A DNA stretch of 64,000 nt from Chloropicon primus. Taxonomy: Eukaryota. Positions 1 to 11,493 of this stretch are shown piece after piece. The notes beneath the pieces are model-generated. The model did not search any database. It was not told the DNA's origin and saw nothing but the letters and a program-made list of their open reading frames with translations. The position numbers and the translations under genes are program-made. Numbering within the stretch: the first letter of the stretch is position 1; every line of letters begins with the position of its first letter. The stretch covers positions 558,001 through 622,000 of the forward strand of contig CP060761.1 of the NCBI GenBank assembly GCA_023205875.1, read 5' to 3'.

Positions 1-81
1 CAGGAAGCGAGAGAAGCAAGCCTCGATTCGATTCTAAAGCCCAACTGGACTATTCCTTTCGTCCTTTCCTCTCTGCTGCAG

Positions 82-141
82 GAACTCCCTCAATACGACG
101 GCAAGGACCACCAGACCATGTCAGAGGAAGCAACCAAGTGA
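82..141 (+). CDS. Possible last exon of a gene entering from the left edge (ELPQYDGKDHQTMSEEATK*)
   Basis: Pyrimidine tract and CTGCAG acceptor ending at 81, then an open frame to TGA at 139-141. No homology recognised. Confidence 0.35.
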   Translation, partial: ELPQYDGKDHQTMSEEATK

Positions 142-354
142 CAGCTTGTTATGTATCGAGTTCAGTTGGCTTTCCTTCACTCCCAAGGTTGTACTTGCTG
201 CTCTCTGAACAATTCGAAAGCTCAAGCTTGTGGTCGAGGTGATCCCTCGTCGTCGCCCAGTGAAATGCCTCGCAGTGCTCCTCCCGGTCTTGTCACCCTG
301 AAGGGCTTGGTATATATATACCCTGAAGCGTAGGCGACCTTTGCCACACTGTGG

Positions 355-600
355 CTTTTGTCCAAGAAAGCGTCCAAGGCGTAACCTTTGTACACAATTT
401 CAAAAGGAACACACGCACAGAGAGAGAGAGAGAGAGAGTCTCTCACTGCCCAGTCAGAGAAGCCGCAGTGTTTCCCCTGGCCTTCTTGTGCTTCCCTCCT
501 GACAAACCACCCTCTGGCTTGTTCTATACCCTCAAGGTGAAAGCCTCTGCGACTTTTGTCCAAGAAAGCGTCCAAGGCGTAACCTTTGTACACAATTTCA
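355..600. repeat. Direct repeat, 48-bp perfect core (355-402 / 553-600), period 198 bp
   Basis: CTTTTGTCCAAGAAAGCGTCCAAGGCGTAACCTTTGTACACAATTTCA occurs twice. Diverged similarity extends left (GCCCAGT..CGCAGTG near 255 and 448). Confidence 0.9.
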
Positions 601-880
601 GAACAAACAGGGTCTCTCCAACCACTCAGACAAGCGGCAATGTCCCTCCTGGCGTCTTGCTGCCCTCCTGCGCACAAACTCTGCTGCCTTGTTACCCTCC
701 CCTCCTCTCTGCCTCCTGGGGCCTCTCCACTTTCACTTTCGTCTCCCGGAAGGAGTCAAAATTTGGCAATACGGCGTAAGAAATCAAACCTGGGGAGGAC
801 GAGGAGATTGGGCGAAACGCTTGGGTTTCGGAAGACAACAGAGACGATAAGGGTTCTTATTGAGGATAGAGGAGGCTGCA

Positions 881-1125
881 GCACGATAGAACGTCTCGCG
901 ATCTTTCGATAGCGTGGTCGCACGAAAGAATCGGCAGTCTGAGGAGGATTTGGTGAGACTTTCCGTGTGACGACAAACAACTTGAGGTTGGGATCCAAAC
1001 CATGGATAGATTGTGCTGGGTAACTCGTGGAGAGGAGATTTTGGTAGGGGAGGAAGGTTGCGGCACGATAAAACGTCTCGCGATCTTTCAATATCGTGGT
1101 CGCACGAAAGAATCGGCGCTCTGAG
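881..1125. repeat. Direct repeat of ~63 bp, period 182 bp, upstream of HDAC
   Basis: GCACGATARAACGTCTCGCGATCTTTCRATAKCGTGGTCGCACGAAAGAATCGGC at 881 and 1063. Confidence 0.9.
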
Positions 1126-1176
1126 TGAGATGGGCACACGAAACGTTTCTTTTGGTGTGGCTTTGGACAGCACGCC

Positions 1177-2256
1177 ATGATCGCGGGCGGCCTGCTTCGT
1201 CGGGCGCACCCCTTGGTGGGGCTGGTGAGGGGATCCAAGACTCGTGCGTCCTCGCAGTACACCACCAGATCGTCGCGGTCGCCGTCGGCCATACCGCTGG
1301 TGTACCACGAGCTTTACTCGGGCACGGAGCTGCCCGCGGGTCACAGGTTTCCCATGCCCGTGTTTCGCAGGATATACCAAAAGCTGATGGAGTTGAACTC
1401 GATTGGGAGGGTTGACCTTCAGGTGCACGAGCCGGAGCTCTGCGAGGCGTCCCTGAGAGAAAAGCTAAGCCTAGTGCACACGGAGGAGTACATCCACAAG
1501 TTCATGCTAGGCGATTTGGATGCGAAAGAGATAAGGCGGATGGGGTTGCCTTGGTCGCCCTCTCTCGTGAAGAGAACTCTGAGCGAGCTCGCGGGGACGA
1601 TGATGGCAGCAGATCTGGCCCTATCCTCGCCATCGGGCGTGGCGCTCTCGTGTGCAGGCGGAACGCACCACGCTCACAAGGACTTTGGCTCTGGGTTTTG
1701 CATATTTAATGACATGGGCGTGACGGCCCTCTCCCTGCTGCAGGAAGAAAAAGTGGCGCGGGTGTTGATAGTCGACCTTGACGTCCACCAGGGCGATGGC
1801 ACGGCCGCGATCTTCGGTGGCAGCGGCGACGGGGAAGCGGAGAAGTACGAACGGAGCGTCTTCACCTTCTCGATGCACTGCCAAGACAACTTTCCTGCGA
1901 GAAAGCAGGAGTCGAGCATGGACATCGGTTTGCCCAGGGGGGTGGGGGACGCCGTGTATCTTCCCACCCTCGCCTCAAACTTGACGGATGTCGTGTCAAG
2001 GTACCAGCCGGACCTGGTGCTGTACGACGCTGGCGTCGACGTCCACGCCGAGGACCAGCTCGGGTACTTGCAACTGACAACGGAAGGGATCTACCGCAGA
2101 GACATGATTGTGCTGGACACTTGCGCAGCGTTCGGGGTACCGGTTGCGGGCTACGTGGGGGGAGGATACGCGGAGGATTTGGATGAGCTGGCCTGGCGCC
2201 ATTGCCAGCTCCACCTTGCCGCTCATGACTTGAATAACGTGGGGGCGAGTCCGTGA
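1177..2256 (+). CDS. Histone deacetylase family protein (class IV/bacterial-like), probable organellar targeting peptide
   Basis: HRFPM, GGTHHA, GSGFCIFND, DLDVHQGDGT, YDAGVD and GGGY motifs. Arg/Ser-rich N-terminus. Intronless. Confidence 0.93.
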   Translation: MIAGGLLRRAHPLVGLVRGSKTRASSQYTTRSSRSPSAIPLVYHELYSGTELPAGHRFPMPVFRRIYQKLMELNSIGRVDLQVHEPELCEASLREKLSLVHTEEYIHKFMLGDLDAKEIRRMGLPWSPSLVKRTLSELAGTMMAADLALSSPSGVALSCAGGTHHAHKDFGSGFCIFNDMGVTALSLLQEEKVARVLIVDLDVHQGDGTAAIFGGSGDGEAEKYERSVFTFSMHCQDNFPARKQESSMDIGLPRGVGDAVYLPTLASNLTDVVSRYQPDLVLYDAGVDVHAEDQLGYLQLTTEGIYRRDMIVLDTCAAFGVPVAGYVGGGYAEDLDELAWRHCQLHLAAHDLNNVGASP

Positions 2257-2731
2257 AAGGGACTGGTGGGGAGATTGTTTTGGTTACATATTCTTTGGTA
2301 AAATCCCTTGGCGAGAGGTCCTTGGTTCTGCACCTGTGCCGCTCGTGGCAGTGGAGCCCCCACCCAATGTTCTCTCGGCAAGAGACCTCGTTCTTGGGAT
2401 CCAGGTTGCATACCTCGCTGTTCTCGAAACGCTCTCCCGCTTGGCACACGGACAGGCCGAGGGCCAGCCAAAGGCCCAGGTGCAGAACAAAACCTTTGCT
2501 CATTCAGAGAGGAAAAGGCTGCACCTTTGTCCCCAGCAAGAGACCCAGCCAAGCCTGAGCAGGAAGTCTCCCTTCTAGCCTAGCCTGATCCGGGAGGGGG
2601 GAAGAAAAAACCTAAGGACAGAGGTTTCCTTCGGTTTTTTTGGTGGTGGTTTAGGTTTATATATATTTAGAAGAAGTTTCGATAAAATTTTGGAAGAAAA
2701 CAATATCATAGAGTATGGATGCAGCGGATCC

Positions 2732-4299
2732 TTATCCCGACAGAAGGTCCCTCATGACCTGCTCGTAGACCTCCATATTCCTTCTCATGATGTTCTCACA
2801 CCTTCCAAGGAGTCTCTTGAAGCTTTGAGCGTCCATAGAAACGCACAACGAGTCCGTCATGCTCACGATGCTGGCAGCTCTTGGCTTGTCGTTGAGGAGG
2901 GCCAACTCACCAAAGTAGTCTCCAGGGCCATAGTCCTTGAGGTCTATGTTGGACCCACTCTGGGTGAACACCTTGGCGGTGACCTTTCCCTCCTCCAAGA
3001 TGAAGAACTTGTCGCCATTCTCGCCCTGGTGGATGATGGTATCGCCGGCCTTGAAGCGCACGGTCTCCAGGACGTCAGCGATCTTGGCCCTCTCCGTGGG
3101 CAGCATGCCGCTGAAGAGTGGGACCTTCTCCAGGAACTGCTCGTGAAGCCTCCTCTTCTTGCTGGTGGCATCCGCCATGATCTGTCTGAAAGTGATTCTA
3201 TCCAAGGCAAACAGCTTGACCCCAGTGGACGCGACCACGGTGGCTGCCCTTGGAGAGTTGTACATCAAAGCCAGCTCTCCGAAACTTGTGCCAGGACCGC
3301 CAGTCCCCTTTGAAGTTCCAGAGACAAAGAACTCGCACTCACCCTCATGCAGAATGTAAAAGTTGTCCCCTTCATCTCCTTGCTTGATGATGACGTGCCC
3401 GGGCTCGTGCGTGATCTCGATGGCGGCGTCGACAAGGTAACTCATCAGAGACTCTTCCAAGTCACTGGAGAGCGGGAGGAGGACGATGGTGATGGTGGCA
3501 CGCATCGGAGGTACATGAAAGAAAGAAAGAAAGAAAGAAAAGAGACACGAGTTGTCGGTTAGTCCAAGGAAGAAACACTTTCACTTTCACTTTCACTTTC
3601 AGCAGCGATCGATGTGTTGTCTTGTGTCTTTTGGAAAAGGTTGGGAGTTTGTGTGTGCACGCACCTGAACAAGAAGTTGTCCTTGACCGCTGACCTGATC
3701 TTCTGCTTGGCTTCTTCCGTCTTGAAGTGAATGATTCTGTTCAAGGCCTCCTCTGGCTTGTCCCTCACGCTGGTGCACTCGGCACTGACACTGATCCTCC
3801 TGTTCCTCAACGAGGGCCTGTGCATCATCTGAGCCTGAGGGAAGGACTCCATCTCGCTCACGCTCTCGTTCTCCTCCCCCTCGATCTCGTCATCGCTCTC
3901 CATGCCGTGGTCCTCCTCCTCGTCAGGCTGCTCCTCATCCAAGGACCTCAAACACGATTCGATGTAACTCAAGGGCTTTTCTGGACGATCTTGGGCCAAG
4001 TTGGAAGCCAGGAGCTCAAACAGGCTTCCGATGCTCAAAGTTTCATTCAAGTACACGTTGTGGCTCGAGTCCTGGTGCTGCACGCTGATGTAAACGTCGC
4101 TCTCTGGCGTGTGAGAGGCATAAGCGTGTCCAAGTTTGGCCGATATCACTTCAGGGTATTTATCAAAGATATAGTCTATCAGGAACTTGACAGGGTCACT
4201 TGGCCTATCCTTGAAACACTGGACGAGTATTTGCTTGAAGATGGAGTCAAGCTCCTTATCCTTCACGTACGTCTCTATCTCGTCCACTACACTCGCCAT
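2732..4299 (-). CDS. cAMP-dependent protein kinase regulatory subunit (exons 4299-3665, 3464-2732)
   Basis: D/D-like N-terminal segments and inhibitor site RRISVSAE. Two cNMP-binding cassettes, FGELALMYNSPRAAT and FGELALLNDKPRAAS. GT-AG intron 3664-3465 restores the frame (NFLF-S-DLEE). Confidence 0.92.
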
Positions 4300-5155
4300 C
4301 CTCAACACCAAAGAGTCACCAACCCCACGCAACCCAACCCCACGCAGACCACGATATATGCCATTGCTTTTGGGGGGTCCCGGGAAACGAGGGAAACGAG
4401 GGGAAGCAAAGAAGACCAAGAAGACCTTGTTCTTCTTCTTGTCCAGACACAGACAGAGAGACAGAGAGAGACAGAGAGAGACAGAGAGAGACAGAGACTC
4501 TCCCAGGGTGAAGCAAGTGAAACACTACACAAGGCACATGCGGTGAAGGGCAAAGTCGTGGGTCTTCGAAGACGGAGACATCCTCGCGATCCTCTACGTT
4601 CTAGGGGAGACGAGACTCGGGACAAGGAGAGAGAAAGGGGGAAGGAACTTGTTCAGGAGAACGAGAATCGTTTTCATCGATGATTTCTTTCCTTCAGTCA
4701 GGATGGAAAGCGTCTCTCTCTCTCTCTCTCTTTTGCCTTTAGCACGAAGGACGAGAGAGAGAGAGAGGAAATAAGAAGAGGAAGAGGAAGATGCCTTTTC
4801 TCTGTGTGTGTGTCTCCGAGGAGGAGAGGGAGAAACGAAGCGTCTCTTGATTATATTATTCCATTAGTATTAATAGAAGGGGAGAGAAAGGAGTGTGAAA
4901 GGAACACTCAACTCCAAGGTGCAGGGATCCCATGGACAAGTTTTGAATTGACAGAGACAGACACCTTGGAGCGTGTCCTGTCCTGTCCTGGATTGGTGAA
5001 GAAGAGGAAGGCAGAGGACAGTGGTTGGATGTGGAGGCTTGCTTAAGACGCAGGTCGATCCGTTTCCAATTGGAAGAGACAGGGAGGAGGAAGAGAACCA
5101 CCTTTGTCGGACCAAACATCAACAACAGCATCACTTGATTGGTTGGTTGAGCCAG

Positions 5156-5438
5156 AGACACGTGGGGCAACAGGAGAATATACACAAGGTATAATATGCC
5201 AGCAGAGCAGCTCCAGCGCTTCTTCACGACCAAAATCAATGCATTGAATGGTCAGTCTCCCTTTGCCAAACTTCGGAACAAGCCGGCGAGGAGCATCAAC
5301 AAGGCTTCGGACTTGAGCAAGGGAAAGCTCATTTCAGCCTTTCTGTTCATCGTTCTGGTTTCCATGGTGTGCTTCTGGAGGCCGCAGAGAGGTATGAGCC
5401 ATCCTGTCATCAGACTCGGGCGAAAGAGTTTGGTGTAG
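5156..5438 (+). CDS. Possible terminal exon of a hypothetical protein with a C-terminal hydrophobic helix
   Basis: Open frame through MPAEQ...LISAFLFIVLVSMVCFW after a candidate CCAG acceptor. Upstream exons unresolved. Confidence 0.25.
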
Positions 5439-5621
5439 GCCACAATCCAAGTCCAGTGCTAGCGGAGCTGGGCGGAAGGAGGAAAGGGAAGGAGGGTCCA
5501 AAAACTCCTCTTGCTGGGGCTTTTAGAAAAAAAAAGATATCTATTCTATCAATCTATATATACATATAACACCACCACAGCTTGCAGTGCGTGGCGAACC
5601 GAGGTCATGTGATATAAGGAT

Positions 5622-6107
5622 CTACTTTTCACCGGGTTTCCAGTACTGAACGTTCTCACCAGGCTCGCCCAAGGTCAAGGTTTCTCCGTCGTCGCCCTCC
5701 TCCTCAGCATCATTCTCCTCTTCCTGAATCCTCTGTCTCCTGAGTTCTTTCTGCTTCAGTTGCTGCACTTGCAGGTTCACTTGGTGCCTGTAACTTGCGT
5801 TTCGTTGGATCTCCTGTTCTGTTGGAGGGTCTGGTCTTGAGCCCCGGAGCCACCCCGTCCACTCTACAGGTGTCCTGTTCGGGTCGTAATTGTAAACGTG
5901 GTTGTACCCCCTAGGACTCTTCATCCACCTTTGCTCTTTCTCTATCCCTAGATCGGGATCCCACTCCATCTTTCTAAAGTACTGGTTTCCTAACTCGTCC
6001 TGGCCAACGAACTCGCCTCGCGTTAGCGCAATGGACAAACGCTGCTGCAGCCCCCCTAAGCGCTTCGTCAACCGGACGCCAGAACCAAACCACTTGGATA
6101 ATGTCAT
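5622..6107 (-). CDS. NDUFA12/NDUFAF2-family mitochondrial complex I subunit or assembly factor
   Basis: VGQDELGNQYF, RW, and PVEWTGWLRGSRPDPPT family signature. Confidence 0.88.
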   Translation of the reverse strand: MTLSKWFGSGVRLTKRLGGLQQRLSIALTRGEFVGQDELGNQYFRKMEWDPDLGIEKEQRWMKSPRGYNHVYNYDPNRTPVEWTGWLRGSRPDPPTEQEIQRNASYRHQVNLQVQQLKQKELRRQRIQEEENDAEEEGDDGETLTLGEPGENVQYWKPGEK

Positions 6108-6429
6108 ACCTCTTCTCAGCCTGAGAAGGACAAGAACCTTCTGCCTGATACCTATTCAGTCACAAACGCGACGTCATCCAGCATCCCAAACGGGGGTATC
6201 GATACCGTCGAAGCTTCTGTCACTCCAGGTCCTTCCGCCGAATCAGCGCTAAGTGTGTCTCACAGGCAATCGAGGGGGAGATCAGGTCAACAAAGCTCTA
6301 GCCCGCCAACCGCTTGCCGTGGATGTCTCCACCTCTGACCCAACTCCACCAAAACCTGTCCACCTCCTCGACAAGCAATCACGACGTCCTGTGCTAGAAA
6401 ATGCTGCCGTGATACTCGTCACTCCAAGC

Positions 6430-6873
6430 GTCAAACGAGTCCACCAAGGCACCAATCGAAAGATCACGAGACGAAGATTTCGCCTGACGATCCTGTATTC
6501 CACTCCTCCCCCGTCCTCGTCGTCAAATGCCTCGCTGATTCCGCTGCACTCCTCCCCTTCCCTCGCCAGGAATCAATCAATCTCGTTCACACGGCGGGTC
6601 AATCCTTTGCCGATGCCGTCGACCAAGGTACCAATGGAAAGATATCGAGACGCACTTTCGTATGATGAACACGCCTTGCGCTTTCCTCTCCTCTGTCGTC
6701 GCCACCGTCCTCGCAAACACCTCCCCTCGCCAGGAATCAATCAATCTCGCTCACACGGCGTCTCCTCAGTCAATCCTTTGCCGATGCCGTCGACCAAGGT
6801 ACCAATCGAAAGCTCTCAAGACGCACTTTCGTGTGATCCTCTTGCCTTGCGCTTCCTCCCTCCTTCTCGTCGC
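6430..6873. repeat. Dispersed ~240-bp repeat plus local tandem duplication (6552-6701 / 6721-6873)
   Basis: CCCTCGCCAGGAATCAATCAATCTCG...GTCAATCCTTTGCCGATGCCGTCGACCAAGGTACCAAT occurs twice. 6430-6670 matches the reverse complement of ~27397-27625. Confidence 0.9.
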
Positions 6874-7055
6874 GAAACTCGTTAGTGATTGCGGTCCATT
6901 CCTCCACCCGGTCTAAGAGCGAGGAGAGAGCCATCAGAGGAGGAGAGGAGCCCAAAACCCTGATCGATTCCCTCGACGACGCACACGAGGAGGAGGAGAG
7001 GGCGAACGCAGGCGAGGAGGAGCGAGGAGGAGCGAGGAGGAGGAGGTCAGTCACC

Positions 7056-10000
7056 ATGGCGGCGACACAGATGGCCAAGTTCAAGGTAAGTCCATTCCTT
7101 TCCTCTCCCCTTTTCTCAAAAAAGGAAAGAGAAAAAAACACGGAACAACTTTTCATTCCATTCTTCCTCTCTCGAGGGCATGCCATGGCATGGAAGAGCT
7201 TGCTGGCTTGGATGGATAGAGTGATGGATGGATGGATTGACTGACGCTTGTTGTGATGGTGGTGGTGAAGTCACGGGAGTACCTTGACTTGGTAAAGAGC
7301 ATTGGCGAGTGCAAGTCGAAGATAGAAGAGGACGCTATCATGAAGAATGAGGTGGTGTACTTGAAGCAGAGGCTTGCGGATCCAAAGCTAGAGAAAGGAA
7401 AACTCAGGGAGTATCTCTTGCGTTTGCTTTATGTCGAGCTGCTCGGGCACGACGCGAGCTTTGGACATATTCATGCCGTGAAGCTTTGCAGCGACGCTTC
7501 TCTCATTAACAAAAAAGGTGAGTCCATACATACATGACATTGAAACCAACTCACCAAGGTAGTACCTGGAGGCATGGATGGTCCTGACTGTTGTTTGGTT
7601 TGGTTTGGTCCTCGTTGCCTCTTCTTTTGCCTTCATCAATGTGGTGGATGTGATTCCGTGCAGTTGCATACCTCACGACGTGCCTGTTCCTGTCGGAGGA
7701 GTCTGAGCTTTTGATCTTGCTGATGAACACGATGAAGAGCGACTTGCATAGTGACAACTACTTGATTGTTAGTGCTTCCCTGGACACGATTTGCCAGCTG
7801 GCCACAGAGGATGCCGTGCCGCTGCTGTTGCCGAGCATCAAGGAACTTATCACTCATCCGAAGGAGCTCGTGAGGAAGAAAGCGGTGATGGCGCTTCATA
7901 GGTTTTACCTCAAGGCGCCTCACTTGATGATAGATAGCTACGGAGCCTTGTGCCGGAAGGTGCTGTGCGACCACGACCCTAGCGTGATGGGAGCCGCGCT
8001 TTGTGCCCTTTACGAAGCGATAAAAAGGGATGCCTCGCCCTTCAAGAACTTGGTCAAGTCCCTCGTGCACGTGTTGACCCAAATCGTGGATAGGAGGCTT
8101 CCAAAATCCTATGACAACCACAGGGCCCCGGCGCCGTTCTTGCAGATAAAGATATTGAAGATGCTGGCATTGCTAGGCCAGGGCGACAAGGCTGCCTCCA
8201 GCCAGATGCACCCTGCCCTCATCGCTTGCATCAAATCAGCCAACTCGGGCACTGGAATCGGAAACGCCTTGGTGTACGAGTGCGTCAGGACTGCTATTGC
8301 GATCCACCCGGACCCTCAGCTCCTCGCAGCGAGCGCGGCGATGGTCGCCCACTTCTTGAACTCTTCCCACGCGGGCGTAGCGGCCACGGCGGTCAACAAC
8401 CTGAAATATGTCGCACTCGATGCTCTTGGTGGAATTGTCCAGATCGACCCGAGCTATGGTGAGAAGCACCAGCTGTCTGTGATCGACTGCCTGGAGGACC
8501 CGGATGAGACCCTCAAGAAGAAGACGCTGGAGCTTCTTTACAGGATGACTACCACAGAGAACGTGGAGGTTGTTGTGGATAAGATGCTCACGTTCTTGGA
8601 GCAAACGAGCGACGAGCATATCAGGGCAGACGTGGCTACGCGTGTTTCGGAATTGGCAGAGCAGTACGCGCCAGACAACCAGTGGTTCATAGACACGATG
8701 AACAAGGTATTCGAGCTTGCTGGTGACCTGGTAAGGCCTGAGCTCGCTGACGACCTGATGCAGCTGATCGCAGAGGGAACAGGGGATAGCGAGGCGGCAG
8801 ACACGGAGCTCAGGAAGTCTGCAGTGGAGTCTTACATCGATCTGCTGAACCAGACCAAGTCCAAGATGCCAAAGCTGCTGTTGGCAATCATTGCTTGGGT
8901 CTTGGGAGAATACGGAACGCTGTGTATGAGCCCGCAGGAGGTAATGACGTCCCTCGTGCAGATGGGCAGAAGACAAGATTGCACGGACTCTGTGAAAGCT
9001 TTCATCATCACAAGCTTGTGCAAAGCTTGCTGTGCCCAGGGCGGCACCGTGGCTCCAACGGCAGAGGCAGAGCAGTTTATCTCCAAGATGCTCGTGTCCA
9101 AGAATCTGGACCTCCAGCAGAGAGCAGTGGAGTTCAAGAGCATCATGGTCTGTGCCTCTGACTTCAAGTCTGAGGCCATGCCGATGGATGCGTCTTGCGA
9201 GGAGGTCGACACAAGCGAGTTGACGATGCTCGACTCCTTCGTCAGCCAGGCCCTGGCGAACGGGGCTGCTCCGTACATCGACATCGAGTTGAGGGATGAC
9301 TCTGCTCTGTCAGCGGATGTCGCCACGGGGGGGGATGCCCTTAGGTACGACAATTACGAGCAGCCTGAGGTGGCCAGCAGTGTCCCGATGCAGACGAAGA
9401 GCGAGATTTTCAACATGGGCTCCGTGCAGCCTTTGGAGACCCTCATTTCAGGAGATGGGGCGCCCTCCACTACTGTGCAGGACCAGAGCAGTTACGACCC
9501 ATCCAAGCCCCAACTGAACATCAGCGGACCGAGGAAGTGGGGCAGACCCGCTCAGCCGCCACAGCAGCCACCCCCAGAACCACAACCAACACCTTACTAC
9601 GAGGAAGCGCAGATGGTGAGCGAGCCAGAACCCTACAGGGAAACGGAAGCTGCGCCTGTTTACTCGGCACAGCCCCAGGAGCCGGCAGAATTGTCCGAGA
9701 AGGAGCGGCTCGCGGCTTCGTTATTTGGCGGAGGAGGCGGAAGAAGAGGCAGGCGACAGGGAGGAAGGAGGGGAAGGAACCCTGTTCAGAGCTCTGGTGC
9801 TCCTCCGGCTGCTAGCAGGCCCCAGCCCGTACAGCAGGAGCAGCCCAACCTGTTGCTCGACATGGACATGGGGGCTCCAGCGGCACCAGCGGTTCCCGCA
9901 GCCGCAGCACGCCCCGCGAACGTTATGGATGAGCTCTCCCTCCTGGACGTGTCGGCCCCGCCTGCCGCCGTTGCCCCTGCCCAGCCTCAGGCCCCTCCGC

Positions 10001-10152
10001 CGCTGGACCTCATGGGCGGAGGCTCGGGCATGGGTATGGGTGGCATGCCCCCGCCAATGGGAGGAATCTCGCCTATGAAGAAGCAGATGCCCAAGCTGGG
10101 AGAGTCGCCAAAGCCCGCGAACAACGACCCTTTCAAGGACCTTCTTGGGTGA
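7056..10152 (+). CDS. AP4E1: AP-4 complex subunit epsilon (exons 7056-7085, 7271-7517, 7664-10152)
   Basis: LDLVKSIGECKSKIEED, YVELLGHDASFGHIHAVK, LPKSYDNHRAPAPFLQIK, CLEDPDETLKKKTL, YAPDNQWFI and MPMDASCEE. Two GT-AG introns restore the frame. Confidence 0.93.
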
Positions 10153-10262
10153 GCCAAGAGTCGAACGAAAGCACGTTTGTTGTCTCTAAACCATGGTGAA
10201 CGTCGTCGTCGTGATACTATACTTACAGCTCTTTTAGTCGTTTTACACACCCCTCGCGTGCC

Positions 10263-10920
10263 TCAGGCTCTGGTCTTCCCCGTGTCCACGTCCAGGGCGT
10301 CTTTTGCCCCTTCAAGCACCAACCCATCCAAGTTCGACCTGGCCTTCTCCGCCGCTTCCTCGTCAAGGAACTCCACCGTGGCACTCCCTTTACTCTCCCT
10401 CGAGTTCTTGAAGTAGTACACCTTCACATCCGCCACGGGGCCAAAGGGAGTGCACAAGTCCGCCACCATCAAAGCATCGTAAGACCTCGGCAGACTCCGC
10501 ACGAAGATACTCTTGGGATTGAACACATAACGAGGACGACTCCCCTCCTCCTCTCCTGACCACTCCCCACCTGAATGGAATCCATCCATCCATCAAACAA
10601 TTGCCACAGAAAAGAAACCGAAATCGAAAACAAAATCAGTCAGTCCACTGATTAGGATTGACAAAAGGAAACCAAGCATTCCTCTTTCCTCTTTCCTCGT
10701 TCTCCACTTTGTCCACCTCACCTGAATGCACACCACCTTCCTCCACTCCTTCCTTGACTCGGCTGGAAGCTTCCTCCTCCTCGTCGTTCTTGTCGTTGTT
10801 GTTGTGGCGGCCGTCGCTCGTCGATAGACTTCGCCACGAGGGACGACCCTGTCCCGGCCTTCCACCGCAAGCCACGTACCAACGTGACCGGAACGTCCTC
10901 GCTGCCATCATCCTCATCAT
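10263..10920 (-). CDS. Single-RRM RNA-binding protein, probably organelle-targeted (exons 10920-10722, 10570-10263)
   Basis: RNP2 SIFVRSLP and RNP1 KGSATVEF. Arg-rich presequence-like N-terminus. In-frame intron 10721-10571. Confidence 0.82.
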
Positions 10921-11493
10921 CCTCTGTCTCCTCCTGGCACAAAAACTTGTTGGCAAATCTTCAAAACGAAAGCATTCCTTTCGAGAGACGGCTCATTCGA
11001 AAGAGCAAGAGCAAGAGCAAGAGCAAGAGCAAGACGCTTCCAATTGTCACGCTCTACGCTCGCCTTTCGACGGACGCCACCTTTCCTTTCCTTTCCTTTC
11101 CTCGCTGTTTACGTTGTCGACAGCCTTCCTCCATAAACCGCCAACCCTTTTTCGAGGAAGAGGTCGCTGGAAAGACCGAGGCGTAACGGTTCCGATCGAA
11201 GGAGAGTGAAGGAGGTGCAAGGGACGAAAGAGCTTCTCGCGGTCTTTCCGACAATACCTTGCTCGACCCATTTGGTGCTCGGATTGGTCGAGGAATCGAG
11301 TTTTGTTCCAGAGAAGGGAAGGAAAAAGTACCGGAGTGGTCTGCCTTGTCGAGGACGGTGACGGCGAGGACGGCGAGGAGAGGGGAAGTGGAGGGTGTTA
11401 TACGAAAGATCACCTCGAGAGCTTTCGATTGGTGTGTCGCTTGCCTGGTTTGGGTCACTTGAAGGGGAACAAACACTGCCAGTTCGTTGCTCG

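Noticed and set aside
4932..5150. Possible in-frame TGA (selenocysteine) read-through ORF
   Set aside because: Multiple stops, no redox motif and no SECIS-like structure identified.
6253..6885. 210-aa ORF with an internal repeat (also 222-677, 756-1292, 43476-43898)
   Set aside because: The peptide repeats simply mirror non-coding DNA duplications. Mostly non-ATG starts and no protein family signature.
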